Source: an uncultured virus (IMG/VR IMGVR_UViG_3300010163_001998) (taxonomy: Duplodnaviria > Heunggongvirae > Uroviricota > Caudoviricetes). Taken from it: 64,000 nucleotides of DNA. Both the position numbers and the translations under genes were made by a program. The stretch is from the IMG/VR virus record IMGVR_UViG_3300010163_001998; one strand, written 5' to 3'. Under the pieces are notes generated by a model. That model worked only from the letters and a program-made list of their open reading frames with translations. It had not been told where the DNA came from and ran no database searches. This document shows, one piece after another, positions 10,317 through 20,716 of this stretch. Each line of letters opens with the position of its first letter. Positions within the stretch are counted from its first letter, which is position 1.

Positions 10317-13300
10317 ATGGAAGTATACATTATAGCAAAAATATTAGGCAATAATAAGAAAGATATAGGATATGAGTTACTAGACATTGAAGACAAAAAT
10401 AAAACACTGAAAGTAACTAAACAACAACTTATAAATGCTATACAAGCTGGAAAAATAAAAATAGAAAATGCTAAGTTAGTGAATAATTTTATAGCAGGAA
10501 CATACTATTCATTAAATAGGCTACCATATTATATAAATAATACAACAATAAATATGCAAAAACACATAGTTTTAAAAAGAATAGAAACAACAAATATGAT
10601 AAACTACTTAGTATGTTCTCATAATGCAAATGGAACAATTAAGGTAGCTAATATAGATTATAATACATTAAATAATTTTTTAGCATGCAACTCTATACAA
10701 ATAGCAAACTTAACAGATAAAGGTGATATAGCATGTAAAATAGAAAGAAGGACACCTGTTATAAATTCGAGCATAAAGCAGGTAAGGCAGCCAATAGAAC
10801 AGAAAACATCTGTTATAAATAAAGACGCAGTTAATAAAAATTCAATTTCATTTTTAGATATAGATGTTACAAATCCAAATACAGAATGGACCATAGAGCA
10901 GTTTAAACAATATATGGATTCACATGGTTATAAATATGAATTAACAAGTCAAAAATCATTTTTTAGGGATACAATATGGGTATTGAGTAATATAGATTCA
11001 AGGTGTTCAAAAATAAAAATTCCAAGAGGCGTAAAAGAAATAAACTGTTTACTTAGAGATAAAGTAAATTTATTAGAATCATTAATAATAAGTGGTACAG
11101 TTGATACAATTTATGAACTATATGATAACAGAGCGAATATAATAAGTTCATTAGGGAGTAGTAAGCTATCCAAAAACAACATAGATGTAATGGCAGCAAT
11201 TACTGGTGCTCAATTGACAATTAGAAATTTATACTTCCAAGAAACAAATTCTGACATATCAAGAATAATAATCAGTGGTGCATTTAATTTACTAAAAATA
11301 ACAGGTACATTAAGACTACCTAATTTAAGAAAATTATCAGAAAATAGCTTCATAGCATGTTATCTAAATAATATAGAGTTTGGTGACAAAATGGAATCAC
11401 TATCTAATTGTTTTAATAACTGTAGATTAAGTAATAATACACTTGATTTTAGAGGTACAAACATTAAAATTATAAGTGATGCATTTAACAAATTATATTC
11501 AACATTTAAAATAATTTTAAGCAAAGATATAACAGATATAAATAAGGCATTTTGTAATTGTTCATTAACTTCAGTAGATTTTAATGATGCAATATCATTA
11601 AAGAATATGCACAATTCATTTGACTACAATAATTTTACACAAATTGACATGAGCAATTGTAAGAATCTACATAATATTTATAATTGCTTTGAATATAATG
11701 TTAAACTACAGAAGATAACATTTTCTGATGTAACAGAATATATTTCAATACAAACAGATTATGGGCTAGAAAGTCTTAAAGTAATTGAACTACCTGAAAA
11801 TATAAAATATTTTAATGCTGATTCATATGGTGAAAACAGTTTAAAGGAAGTAATATATCCAAATAAAGTAAATAGGCTGTCAAGAGGCTTATTCGTATCA
11901 AGCAAAGAAAATATTAAGTTAACATTTAAAGGTACTTTGATATCATTAGGAAACGAGTTTGCAAAAAATCACACTTTCTTATCTAAAAATGATTTAAGTA
12001 CAGAATTAGACTTTCCTAAGGAATTATGTACATTTGAACCAGCAGCATTTGCTGGTAGCAATTTAAGGGAGTTTGATTCAAGGGAGTTTAAGAGTTTAAA
12101 AGTAATACCATCATCTTGTTTCGAGGATAATGAGCATTTGTCGCGAGTAATATTGGCTGGTACAGTAGAAAAGATAGAGGAAAATGCTTTTAAAAATACA
12201 CCATCACTTGAAAGCTTAATAATAGGACCAAATGTAACTAACATAGATACAAAGGCTTTTTCAGTGAAATCATTCAAGTCAGCAGTAATTTACGTTGTAA
12301 AGAATAGTTATGCAGATAAAAAATTAAGTAAGTCAAAATACAATTTGATAGAAACAGATTCACTAGAAGATGCAATAGAAAGAGTATATGGGTCATTTAA
12401 GACATCCAAGGATAAACAAGCAAAATTTGAGATATTACTTCAAGATACTACTTATGACTGCTTATTAAAACCCAAATACATTAATAATGTAAGCTATCTA
12501 TATCGTTTAATAAAGAGGGTAGAGACTAATACAAAAGAAGCAAATAGCTTAAAGCTAAATACAGAAAAATTTAAAGAATTGATTTTAGATGATAGTACTA
12601 ATGCCAAATCAATATTAAGACAAACTTTAAAGAACATAATGGAAAATGCAACATGGAACAAGATAGAACAAAATAATAGTTTATCAGATACATTTATAGG
12701 ATATTGTAATCTTATAACAGCACTTTCAGATTTAAATGAGTCATTGTATTCAGATACATACTTAGAGCATATTACAGACGAAAACGGTATTGATACGTTA
12801 GCTCAATATAGATGCATGTATGTTGATAAGAATAGATGCATAGCTTTATTAAAAGTATATAACACAAATAATAATACATCTAGTAGCATATTAGTAATTG
12901 CAATACATGATAAAATAGTATATATGACTGCATGTGATCCTGACTGTGCTGTATATATGGGTGTGAAATATAATTGTGACCACTCTTTATTTAAATACAT
13001 TAGAGAAAAAGAATTTAACGTGTCTTTAGTAAATGAATTACAAGTAGGAGATGGATATATAATAAAAGATGTACCTGGGGTAAAACCAATACTAAAAATA
13101 AATGGGTGTGAAGTACCTCCTTCATTTGTATCAACCATAAGAGAACTCGAAGGAAACCTAAGATTTATAGGAATAATAGGAAGTGAAAGATTAATCAGAT
13201 CAAAATCAAGAGAAGAAAAGGTATTCAATACACTATATTATGAGCCTTTAAGCCAAAAATTTGTAGAGTTAGCAAGTACAAATTATTTTCACACTAAAGG

Positions 13301-14324
13301 TAATACGAGTTTACCAAAAGTAAAATCTATTAATAGCTATGTAGTAAAAGCAATACATGACTTAACAGACATAGACAAAATAAATAGGAAATACTTTACT
13401 TATTTTGATGATATATTTGGTAATAAAGTAAATATGCAAGGTATAAATCTATTAACATTAGACAACAAGAAAAAAGAAGAAATGTTTGAAGTAAATGATA
13501 AGAATTATACACTAGGAGATAATAAAAAAGTTACAGAATTTGTGGATGCAATGTATAAATATGGTGTAAGCCATGCTGAACAATTTACATCAAAAATTGC
13601 AGAAGCAATGTTCAAGATAGGTTTATATGAAAAAGCTAAAATGTCATTAAACGATTGTAAAAATTGTGGATGGAAAAATAAATTAAACACTGTATACTGT
13701 TCATCAGAAGAGTTTATCATACAGTATAAAATAAGTGAAAATAATTACTTAGCTGGATATGTAAGCATGAATACATCAATGACAAGTAGAGATATACTGT
13801 ATCATAGTATCTTTCCAATAAGTAACAATATAAGGATACTATATGCATTAGGAGAGTTTAGAGCAAATAATAAAAATTTAAACAAACAAGGACATATAAT
13901 AACTAATGACAAAGTATCAGCTGATGACTTTTATTTCTTACGTTCAACTGGATCAAGCATGCTTAATAATTATGGTTTTAATGCACAAGGATGCAATATA
14001 CACTTGGCAATAGATAAGCAATCTTGCTACAGCTTTATTTTATGTGATTCATGGGATATAGATTTTTACACTCTGTTCAAATTTAAGAATCATGTAGATG
14101 CAGAAAAAATGTTCCAGAGTATTATGAATAATCACGAAGTAAGCAAATGTATTGTATCATTAGTAATGAAACTTACAAAAAGTGGATATGGGAGTATACA
14201 AAATGAATTTATAAGAGTCAGGGATAAAATAATGGAAGGTATTCCTGAAGGATATCCATATCAAACCAGAGAAATTGAACTCCTCAATAAATTAGCTAAA
14301 CAACCTAAGATTACGACAGTATAA
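10317..14324 (+). CDS. Large BspA-type leucine-rich repeat protein with N-terminal shared module
   Basis: IPRGVKEI, LPENIKYF, IPSSCFED, IEENAFKNTPSLESLIIGPNVTNIDTKAF repeats; no signal peptide. Confidence 0.8.
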   Translation: MEVYIIAKILGNNKKDIGYELLDIEDKNKTLKVTKQQLINAIQAGKIKIENAKLVNNFIAGTYYSLNRLPYYINNTTINMQKHIVLKRIETTNMINYLVCSHNANGTIKVANIDYNTLNNFLACNSIQIANLTDKGDIACKIERRTPVINSSIKQVRQPIEQKTSVINKDAVNKNSISFLDIDVTNPNTEWTIEQFKQYMDSHGYKYELTSQKSFFRDTIWVLSNIDSRCSKIKIPRGVKEINCLLRDKVNLLESLIISGTVDTIYELYDNRANIISSLGSSKLSKNNIDVMAAITGAQLTIRNLYFQETNSDISRIIISGAFNLLKITGTLRLPNLRKLSENSFIACYLNNIEFGDKMESLSNCFNNCRLSNNTLDFRGTNIKIISDAFNKLYSTFKIILSKDITDINKAFCNCSLTSVDFNDAISLKNMHNSFDYNNFTQIDMSNCKNLHNIYNCFEYNVKLQKITFSDVTEYISIQTDYGLESLKVIELPENIKYFNADSYGENSLKEVIYPNKVNRLSRGLFVSSKENIKLTFKGTLISLGNEFAKNHTFLSKNDLSTELDFPKELCTFEPAAFAGSNLREFDSREFKSLKVIPSSCFEDNEHLSRVILAGTVEKIEENAFKNTPSLESLIIGPNVTNIDTKAFSVKSFKSAVIYVVKNSYADKKLSKSKYNLIETDSLEDAIERVYGSFKTSKDKQAKFEILLQDTTYDCLLKPKYINNVSYLYRLIKRVETNTKEANSLKLNTEKFKELILDDSTNAKSILRQTLKNIMENATWNKIEQNNSLSDTFIGYCNLITALSDLNESLYSDTYLEHITDENGIDTLAQYRCMYVDKNRCIALLKVYNTNNNTSSSILVIAIHDKIVYMTACDPDCAVYMGVKYNCDHSLFKYIREKEFNVSLVNELQVGDGYIIKDVPGVKPILKINGCEVPPSFVSTIRELEGNLRFIGIIGSERLIRSKSREEKVFNTLYYEPLSQKFVELASTNYFHTKGNTSLPKVKSINSYVVKAIHDLTDIDKINRKYFTYFDDIFGNKVNMQGINLLTLDNKKKEEMFEVNDKNYTLGDNKKVTEFVDAMYKYGVSHAEQFTSKIAEAMFKIGLYEKAKMSLNDCKNCGWKNKLNTVYCSSEEFIIQYKISENNYLAGYVSMNTSMTSRDILYHSIFPISNNIRILYALGEFRANNKNLNKQGHIITNDKVSADDFYFLRSTGSSMLNNYGFNAQGCNIHLAIDKQSCYSFILCDSWDIDFYTLFKFKNHVDAEKMFQSIMNNHEVSKCIVSLVMKLTKSGYGSIQNEFIRVRDKIMEGIPEGYPYQTREIELLNKLAKQPKITTV

Positions 14325-14368
14325 TTTTATAAATAAAAATTTATTTTTTATTTGGAGTAAAAAGAAAG

Positions 14369-15607
14369 ATGAAATATACATTTAAAGATATGCTAACAAC
14401 AGAGATATATGAGAGTGCACGTGTAATGTTTATATTTGGTAAATATAATCTGTTTAATAATCTTGTGTCAGATGAATTAAAGGCAAGGTGTATATCTGAT
14501 GGAACAATAACGGAATCAATAGGGGTTGCTGAAGAGTTTGGAATATCGATTGAAGGTACAGATGATGACATGATAAACTCTATAGACTTTAATACATTCA
14601 TGGATGTAAACAGGGTACCCAATATAAATGGTAAGTGGTTTTGTAAGATTGAGTTAGCAACATTAACTAAAAAGCAAAAAGAAACATTAAACAAATACAT
14701 GAAAGACCCTTCAGAATTTGGTATACTTGTAATAGTATCAAATGAATGGAAAGAATACAAAGACTATTTAAGAAATAAAATGCTTTCAATAAGTAAGACA
14801 TGCCATTCAATAGAATTATCATTTCCAAGTAGGGACGTGCTTAAGGCACTAGTAAAGCAAATGTTTGAGGAAAAAGATATTAATATACAACCTAGTGCAG
14901 TCGACATGTTCATAATAAAAATGAGTAATGCATATGATGAATATGAATCAGTTATAGCAGATATTAGAGATAAGCATGGACCAGAAAAATTAGAAGTAAA
15001 AGATTTAAAAGTATACATGAAAGGAATAGAACACTACATAATAGACAATTTTGTGGACGAACTAACAAAACCGTTATCAAGTGATAAAACAAACAGTAAG
15101 AAAGTACTAAAAATAATGATGACATTAAGAGATGAAATGGGATCTAAGAATTTAGTGTATAAACTTATAAACATAATTAATGAATGTATTGATTATAGAA
15201 TAATGATAAACACTGGAATTATTCCCATATCAATAAATTATTTTTTTGATGACATCATAAGAAAGTTAGACAAAAACAACAAATATAGTAAAGTAAAGGA
15301 GTATACATTTAGAAAAAAAGCAGCATTGGCAGCTAAGACATCATTAAGAGATTGGGAATACATGAAGTTAATATTATTTAACGCTATAAAGAATAATAGA
15401 GTTTCTGATGATGTATTAGAAAATAAATGTGACAGGGCATTATATGAAATTTGTACAAGAACAGTTATGACACCTGACAGAATAAATAACATAATAGGCA
15501 TAGACAATATATTGCATAAACAGTTTGAAAACATTAATAAAATAAAATTTGATGAAGAACAGCTAGAGTATATGAACAGTTTGGCTGAATTAGCAGAAAA
15601 TAGCTAG
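14369..15607 (+). CDS. DNA polymerase III delta (HolA)-like clamp-loader subunit
   Basis: LNKYMKDPSEFGILVIV; LVKQMFEEKDINIQPSAVDMFI; size and helical layout like HolA. Confidence 0.55.
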   Translation: MKYTFKDMLTTEIYESARVMFIFGKYNLFNNLVSDELKARCISDGTITESIGVAEEFGISIEGTDDDMINSIDFNTFMDVNRVPNINGKWFCKIELATLTKKQKETLNKYMKDPSEFGILVIVSNEWKEYKDYLRNKMLSISKTCHSIELSFPSRDVLKALVKQMFEEKDINIQPSAVDMFIIKMSNAYDEYESVIADIRDKHGPEKLEVKDLKVYMKGIEHYIIDNFVDELTKPLSSDKTNSKKVLKIMMTLRDEMGSKNLVYKLINIINECIDYRIMINTGIIPISINYFFDDIIRKLDKNNKYSKVKEYTFRKKAALAAKTSLRDWEYMKLILFNAIKNNRVSDDVLENKCDRALYEICTRTVMTPDRINNIIGIDNILHKQFENINKIKFDEEQLEYMNSLAELAENS

Positions 15608-15634
15608 AAAAACAAATAGAAAGGGTTTATAGTC

Positions 15635-15952
15635 ATGACAAATAAAAAAGAGAGAGAGTATTTAACAGCAATAACAATAATAGGTGGGGTAATAACACTG
15701 ATCAATTATGAAGGAACAATATGTTATTATAGGCAACGAGGAATATCCAAGTTTACTGATAAGCAAAGACAGATATTAATAAATGCTGGTATATTACAAA
15801 GAAACTGGGAGCAATATCCTGAATTGCCAAGGCATATATCAATTTCATTTGAGGATCCTACAATAATGGGCAGAGCAAGAGCAACATATCCTAATCCTGA
15901 AGAAATATTCAAAGCATTTCAACTTTGTGGAACAACAAACAAGAAAAAGTAA
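15635..15952 (+). CDS. Hypothetical protein
   Basis: 105-aa ORF in operon context. Confidence 0.7.
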   Translation: MTNKKEREYLTAITIIGGVITLINYEGTICYYRQRGISKFTDKQRQILINAGILQRNWEQYPELPRHISISFEDPTIMGRARATYPNPEEIFKAFQLCGTTNKKK

Positions 15953-15982
15953 AACAAAAATATAATAAGGGCAATTCAAATC

Positions 15983-16603
15983 ATGAGATTAACAAAGATA
16001 AAAGATTGTAAAAACTGTGAGAATTCAATAGTCATAGGAAATAAAGAAACACCAATTGTAAAATGTAACTCTAGTGATTACACAGCAGCTAAGTTATTCA
16101 GAGAAAATGGTAGATATTGTGCTGGACAATGTAAGAATTACATTGAAACAGTTAAACAGAGAGCAGGTGCAATAAGCCAAGATAAGATACTAGAGTTTAT
16201 GTTAGCAGGAAACAGTAATTTTATATTACATAGCACTAAGACTGAAGAAGATTTCCAGTTTGAATTGAATAAGCAACAATCAAAAGACAGTAAAAATGAA
16301 TACATATACTTTGTAAAATTAGTAAAACCAAATGAAAAAATATATGCAGGCATAATAATATTTGATAACGAAGATAAAGAATACAAGTTTAAACAAGGAC
16401 AAAATGGAAATATTCCTGGTAATGAGTTAAGTATACGTTCACTAATATTTGTTATGAATAAATTATATAAAAATGAGATCGTAGGAAATTTAGAAGCATA
16501 TCATTTAGGAAAATGCTGTTACTGTGGAAAAACATTGGGACCCTTAGATGATTTTGAATCTGGAAAATGTAAGTTATGTAAAAAATCATTAAGCATTAAA
16601 TAA
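15983..16603 (+). CDS. Phage-type zinc-ribbon protein (DUF6011-like C-terminus)
   Basis: FMLAGNSNFILHS; HLGKCCYCGKTL...CKLC. Confidence 0.6.
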   Translation: MRLTKIKDCKNCENSIVIGNKETPIVKCNSSDYTAAKLFRENGRYCAGQCKNYIETVKQRAGAISQDKILEFMLAGNSNFILHSTKTEEDFQFELNKQQSKDSKNEYIYFVKLVKPNEKIYAGIIIFDNEDKEYKFKQGQNGNIPGNELSIRSLIFVMNKLYKNEIVGNLEAYHLGKCCYCGKTLGPLDDFESGKCKLCKKSLSIK

Positions 16604-16874
16604 AATAGTCAATAGGCATTTATAAATTAAGATGTTAAGCATTAAAATAAAAATGATGATACCATAACAGTATACAGTAGAGAATTTAAATAAGCAATAA
16701 AGACTAAAATCTACAAAATTTTAAAGTTAAAATCTTAGCTGGTAAATTAGTGGTTAAGTCAAATAATTTAAAACAACTTTAAAATGATATAGGTATACAT
16801 TGAATAAAAAATAAGGTAAGCATGGAAAGAAAATTAACTATGCATCAGGGGGTAAAATTTTGGGAAGATTTTTG

Positions 16875-16962
16875 ATAGAACAAATGTTTGCTAAAAAGTT
16901 AAAAACTAAAAATAGAACAAATGTTTGTGAAAAACAAAAGTAAAAAAGCAAACAATAGTTTG
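16875..16962. promoter_or_regulatory. Cluster of three LexA(SOS)-like boxes
   Basis: atagaacaaatgtttg at 16875 and 16912 (GAAC-N4-GTTT) and CAAAC-AATA-GTTTG at 16949. Confidence 0.65.
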
Positions 16963-16990
16963 GCTCTAGAAAATAAGAGAGGGTAAAGAG

Positions 16991-17275
16991 ATGGGTATTA
17001 ATTACGTAGCAACATTTAAAGATGTAACAGTGGCAGTATGGTGGTACACTGATAAAACCAATAAAATGTACATAAGGTTTAGAGCAGCCAAGTTTGAAGT
17101 AAATGAAATATTAAATCATACTTGTACAGTCACACAGTTTATGAAAGGATACACTCAGTTAAAATTTTTATCAAAACTAACACCTTTTGATCAAAATCAG
17201 TACAAAAAGATAAAAGAGATTATTGTGAATAATGTGATAGGAAACCCTGCTTACAATATACAACAAGAATTATAA
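16991..17275 (+). CDS. Small hypothetical protein downstream of SOS-like boxes
   Basis: GAGAGGG RBS, 94-aa ORF. Confidence 0.75.
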   Translation: MGINYVATFKDVTVAVWWYTDKTNKMYIRFRAAKFEVNEILNHTCTVTQFMKGYTQLKFLSKLTPFDQNQYKKIKEIIVNNVIGNPAYNIQQEL

Positions 17276-17388
17276 AATAAGCTACACAAATTAAAAAGTA
17301 TTATCAATATACTATTAAGTGTAAACATATATTTAGACATGAAAATATGAATTGAAAATATTTTTTAATTTATGAAAGGAAATAAAAA

Positions 17389-18174
17389 ATGATTTCAAGC
17401 ATTGTATTAACAGGTAAACATAAGATTAATATGAATTCAGCAAAGAAAATAAAAGTAGGAGACAATATATTGTCAGTGGAAAAAGATATACCTTTCGTTA
17501 GGTATAGATTTGATTCATATGATGAGAGTGCATTAGCATATATTAAATCTATTATGGAGCAATTTAATATATCAACACATTTAGTGGAAATTCCACTTAA
17601 CGAAAATGTAGTTGTAGCACTGCAACTAATATCAAGTCAGTTCAGTAATGTAGCTAAATACGTTTACATAGAATTAACTGAAGCAGAAGTACAAGCAAGA
17701 CAATTAGATCAGAATAAGTTGGCACTCATTGGTGCTACATTATCATTTGGAATTGATAGATATATGCTTAAAGATAAATCAGTGTCACTTGATACTATAA
17801 CTGCTAGAGCAATTATAAAATCATTGGTAACATGCTTTAGAATAGCAGAAAGCAATGTAGGAGTTTGCAGTTCACCACTATCATTTAGTGATTGGGCATG
17901 CTTGACAGCAGTAAAAGCCAGAGAATTAATGAGTGTATACAGTCCAATAGCTGATGTACCTCTGCCAAGTGCTAATCACCAATGTATGAATTGTTGTGGA
18001 TGCATAAGATATATGGTGGTAAGCGAAGATTTGCAGGCTCCAACTGAATCAAAATCATCCAAATCACAAAAGAAGGGTAGTAAATCATCTGATAATAAGG
18101 ATGAAAACACTAAAACAACAGCAAGTAAGTCAAAACCTAAGAATGTAATAGTACCTGGTATATACAATTTGTAA
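17389..18174 (+). CDS. Hypothetical protein with Cys cluster and K/S-rich tail
   Basis: HQCMNCCGC motif; AAAGGA RBS. Confidence 0.8.
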   Translation: MISSIVLTGKHKINMNSAKKIKVGDNILSVEKDIPFVRYRFDSYDESALAYIKSIMEQFNISTHLVEIPLNENVVVALQLISSQFSNVAKYVYIELTEAEVQARQLDQNKLALIGATLSFGIDRYMLKDKSVSLDTITARAIIKSLVTCFRIAESNVGVCSSPLSFSDWACLTAVKARELMSVYSPIADVPLPSANHQCMNCCGCIRYMVVSEDLQAPTESKSSKSQKKGSKSSDNKDENTKTTASKSKPKNVIVPGIYNL

Positions 18175-18184
18175 TAGCATTCTA

Positions 18185-18229
18185 AAAACAGAGTTAAATT
18201 TTTTAAAGAAAGAGTTTAGCTCTGTTTTA
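18185..18229 (+). terminator. Intrinsic terminator
   Basis: aaaacagagttaaa / tttagctctgtttt stem. Confidence 0.7.
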
Positions 18230-18319
18230 TATTGCCTGCATAATTGCAGGATTTTTATGGAAAAACTGTAAAATAGTTGAAATTTTTTGAAAATAAGTTA
18301 GATTTTTCAGTAAAAAATG

Positions 18320-18350
18320 TTGACAAAATGCTACAGATAGGATATAATAA
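18320..18350 (+). promoter_or_regulatory. Sigma-A-type promoter
   Basis: TTGACA at 18320; TATATA at 17-nt spacing and TATAAT at 19-nt spacing. Confidence 0.65.
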
Positions 18351-18441
18351 AATATGTAGTAAAGTAGGTAAATTAAAAGCACTGTTCGGTTTTTAATTAG
18401 CTTAATTGAAAAATTAAATAACTTAGGAGGATTTGCTGAAG

Positions 18442-19305
18442 ATGCTTATAGGTAGTGAAAGTGCAACCCTCGAATTATCTGCATTTATTAAAGAGCCTAT
18501 GGTTAATAGAGAAGCAAGTGATTACATTGTGAACCACTACAATGATCTCATAAACATTATCAGAAGGCTTGAGATAAAAGAGGAGAAGGCTCAAGATTTG
18601 ATCCATGACGTGTACATATCCATAGTTGAGTCAGAAGATAACGGCAATGGCTTCGATATGGAATTCGGTAGCACCGTAAATGAAAAAGGTGAAATTGATG
18701 TAAACATAATGGATGTAAGTCAGTTTGTAATAGGAAGAATTAAGCTTTATGCAAAAAACAGTAAGTACAGGACTGACATAGTGGAAGGCGCAAACAGTTA
18801 CATTACAACATCACAAGTCTTCTACGAAACAGAGCTTGATGCCCATGGACAAGAAGTAATCGGCAAAGATGGAAAACCTAGACAAGTAAAGAAGATCGAA
18901 AAGCACAAAGTAGCTGTAATGATGACATCTAATGCGGCATCGTTTGACGATGGAAAAGATGCTGATGACATTAACGATAAGTTCCAGAAGGCATTTGCAA
19001 TAGCTTCTGTAGCCGATTCAACAGAAGATGTAGCAGAAGTATTAAGCATAAGGGAGCAGATTGATTACTGTATTGATATATGTAATCTACACAATGTAAA
19101 TTTACTGAACATACTTAAAAATATGGATATGCTAGCTGAAATGTTGGGTGACTATTCAAAGAAAAAGAAAACAGCAGAAGCTGTATTCAGTAAAATTACC
19201 GACCTTGTAGAGTATCATACAGAATTGGCAGACAACCTGATGGAAGTATTCAGATTCTCAGCTAAAAACAGGGCAGCATTTGATAGCATAATAGCTACCT
19301 ATTAA
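18442..19305 (+). CDS. Divergent sigma-factor-like protein (region 2-like segment)
   Basis: HYNDLINIIRRLEIKEEKAQDLIHDVYISI resembles sigma region 2; ATG 18442 preferred over TTG 18433 by spacing from AGGAGG. Confidence 0.45.
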   Translation: MLIGSESATLELSAFIKEPMVNREASDYIVNHYNDLINIIRRLEIKEEKAQDLIHDVYISIVESEDNGNGFDMEFGSTVNEKGEIDVNIMDVSQFVIGRIKLYAKNSKYRTDIVEGANSYITTSQVFYETELDAHGQEVIGKDGKPRQVKKIEKHKVAVMMTSNAASFDDGKDADDINDKFQKAFAIASVADSTEDVAEVLSIREQIDYCIDICNLHNVNLLNILKNMDMLAEMLGDYSKKKKTAEAVFSKITDLVEYHTELADNLMEVFRFSAKNRAAFDSIIATY

Positions 19306-19349
19306 GAATATTATATAGCTAAAATATAATATAGAGGTGGCAAAGTCCA

Positions 19350-20108
19350 ATGAGTTTAATGAGTTTAGTTTATAATCCTCTCAAGGAGGATGAAGAAAAT
19401 CTCACTGGATGGTCTAAAATGACAATTGATTATGTACTTCACAACACAACAAAAGTGCAAACATCAATTAGAGGAATTGCAAAAAGCTTAAACAAAATTT
19501 TACAAAAAACAGATGTAGAAGATATATACATGGAAATATTGGATTATTTATATAAATGTGATGATTACAATGTTTCCAAAGCATATGAACGTTCTAGCAA
19601 TGTAGGGGTCATTGTTTCACTGGAAGGGTATGTACATAGTTGCATCAAGTACTGTGTGATAAGATATGTAACCAATCAATTCGGCTTGGAGAAAAAGACT
19701 GTAAGAGAAGTTACAAAGGATGATGACGGTAAGGACATATCATTATTTGATACATTACCAGATTCAAACGGTGGAATAGCATATAATGATATGTGCTATG
19801 AACTTGATGAAATATGTAAAGCATATGAGTACCAGAGATACTACTTCGGACCCGATATATTCCAAATATGGTTTGTAAGACTACAAACAATGATTCACAA
19901 TAAGCAAGACAGTTTTAAAGATATACTTATATCATTAGGCATAACAAAAAAAGAAGTAGCACAGATAGAAAAAATGAATAACAACGATGGTGCTATGATG
20001 AGCATAGCAAAGGCTGTGTCCATTATAGGAGTAGAGGAAGCAGTTAAGATCCTCAGAAAGTACACCTACTCAGCAGATAGAATCGAAAAGGTAGTAGAAC
20101 TATATTAA
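19350..20108 (+). CDS. Divergent sigma-factor-like protein
   Basis: DVEDIYMEILDYL and SLEGYVHSCIKY (region 2), DGKDISLFDTLPD (region 3-like), DILISLGITKKEVAQIEK (HTH). Confidence 0.55.
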   Translation: MSLMSLVYNPLKEDEENLTGWSKMTIDYVLHNTTKVQTSIRGIAKSLNKILQKTDVEDIYMEILDYLYKCDDYNVSKAYERSSNVGVIVSLEGYVHSCIKYCVIRYVTNQFGLEKKTVREVTKDDDGKDISLFDTLPDSNGGIAYNDMCYELDEICKAYEYQRYYFGPDIFQIWFVRLQTMIHNKQDSFKDILISLGITKKEVAQIEKMNNNDGAMMSIAKAVSIIGVEEAVKILRKYTYSADRIEKVVELY

Positions 20109-20114
20109 AATACT

Positions 20115-20155
20115 CAAAATATCCCTAGGCTATGGCATAGCTTAGGGATATTTTG
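20115..20155 (+). terminator. Intrinsic terminator
   Basis: caaaatatccctaggctat / atagcttagggatattttg stem. Confidence 0.85.
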
Positions 20156-20314
20156 ACGTTAAAAATATTAATATACCATTTTTGGGCAATGACTATATTT
20201 AATTAGCCATTGCCTTTTATAATGTAAACATTATAGCAAAAACAAGTTTAAGATCATTAGGCTAGTTAGTATAGATAGGAAATTTTTATTTAAAATAAAG
20301 GGAGAGAAAAATTT

Positions 20315-20716
20315 ATGACTTATCCAGAGGTTTTTAGTAAGTTAACATATGAAACTGCAGCTATAACATTTCTTAAAAAAGATGGTACAGTAAGAATGAT
20401 GTTGGGGACAAGGAATTTAAATACCATATCCTTGTTATATGGATTTCAAGGTCAAGTATTAGGGGGACATGACAATAGGTGTAATATAAATAATGGAAAT
20501 ATTGCAGTATATGACATGATAATTGGAGATGCAAGATCATTTAACATTCAAAGGCTACTTGATATACAGTTTGCAGGTATCATAAGTACAAAAGAACAAT
20601 ATGATGAAGTCTTAAAGAAATTTGTAGCATACAAGGAAGGATATGAGAAATCAAAACCAATGCAGATAGACATGGATTCATTTGATCAGAATGATAATAT
20701 TGGGGGCACATTGTAA
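20315..20716 (+). CDS. WYL-like SH3 beta-barrel protein (DUF2693-like)
   Basis: FLKKDGTVRMMLGTRN...VYDMIIGDARSF. Confidence 0.7.
   Translation: MTYPEVFSKLTYETAAITFLKKDGTVRMMLGTRNLNTISLLYGFQGQVLGGHDNRCNINNGNIAVYDMIIGDARSFNIQRLLDIQFAGIISTKEQYDEVLKKFVAYKEGYEKSKPMQIDMDSFDQNDNIGGTL

Noticed and set aside
16875..16962. Possible mini CRISPR array or iterons
   Set aside because: Repeats are only 16 bp with ~21-bp gaps, there are no cas genes, and a LexA-type operator explains them better
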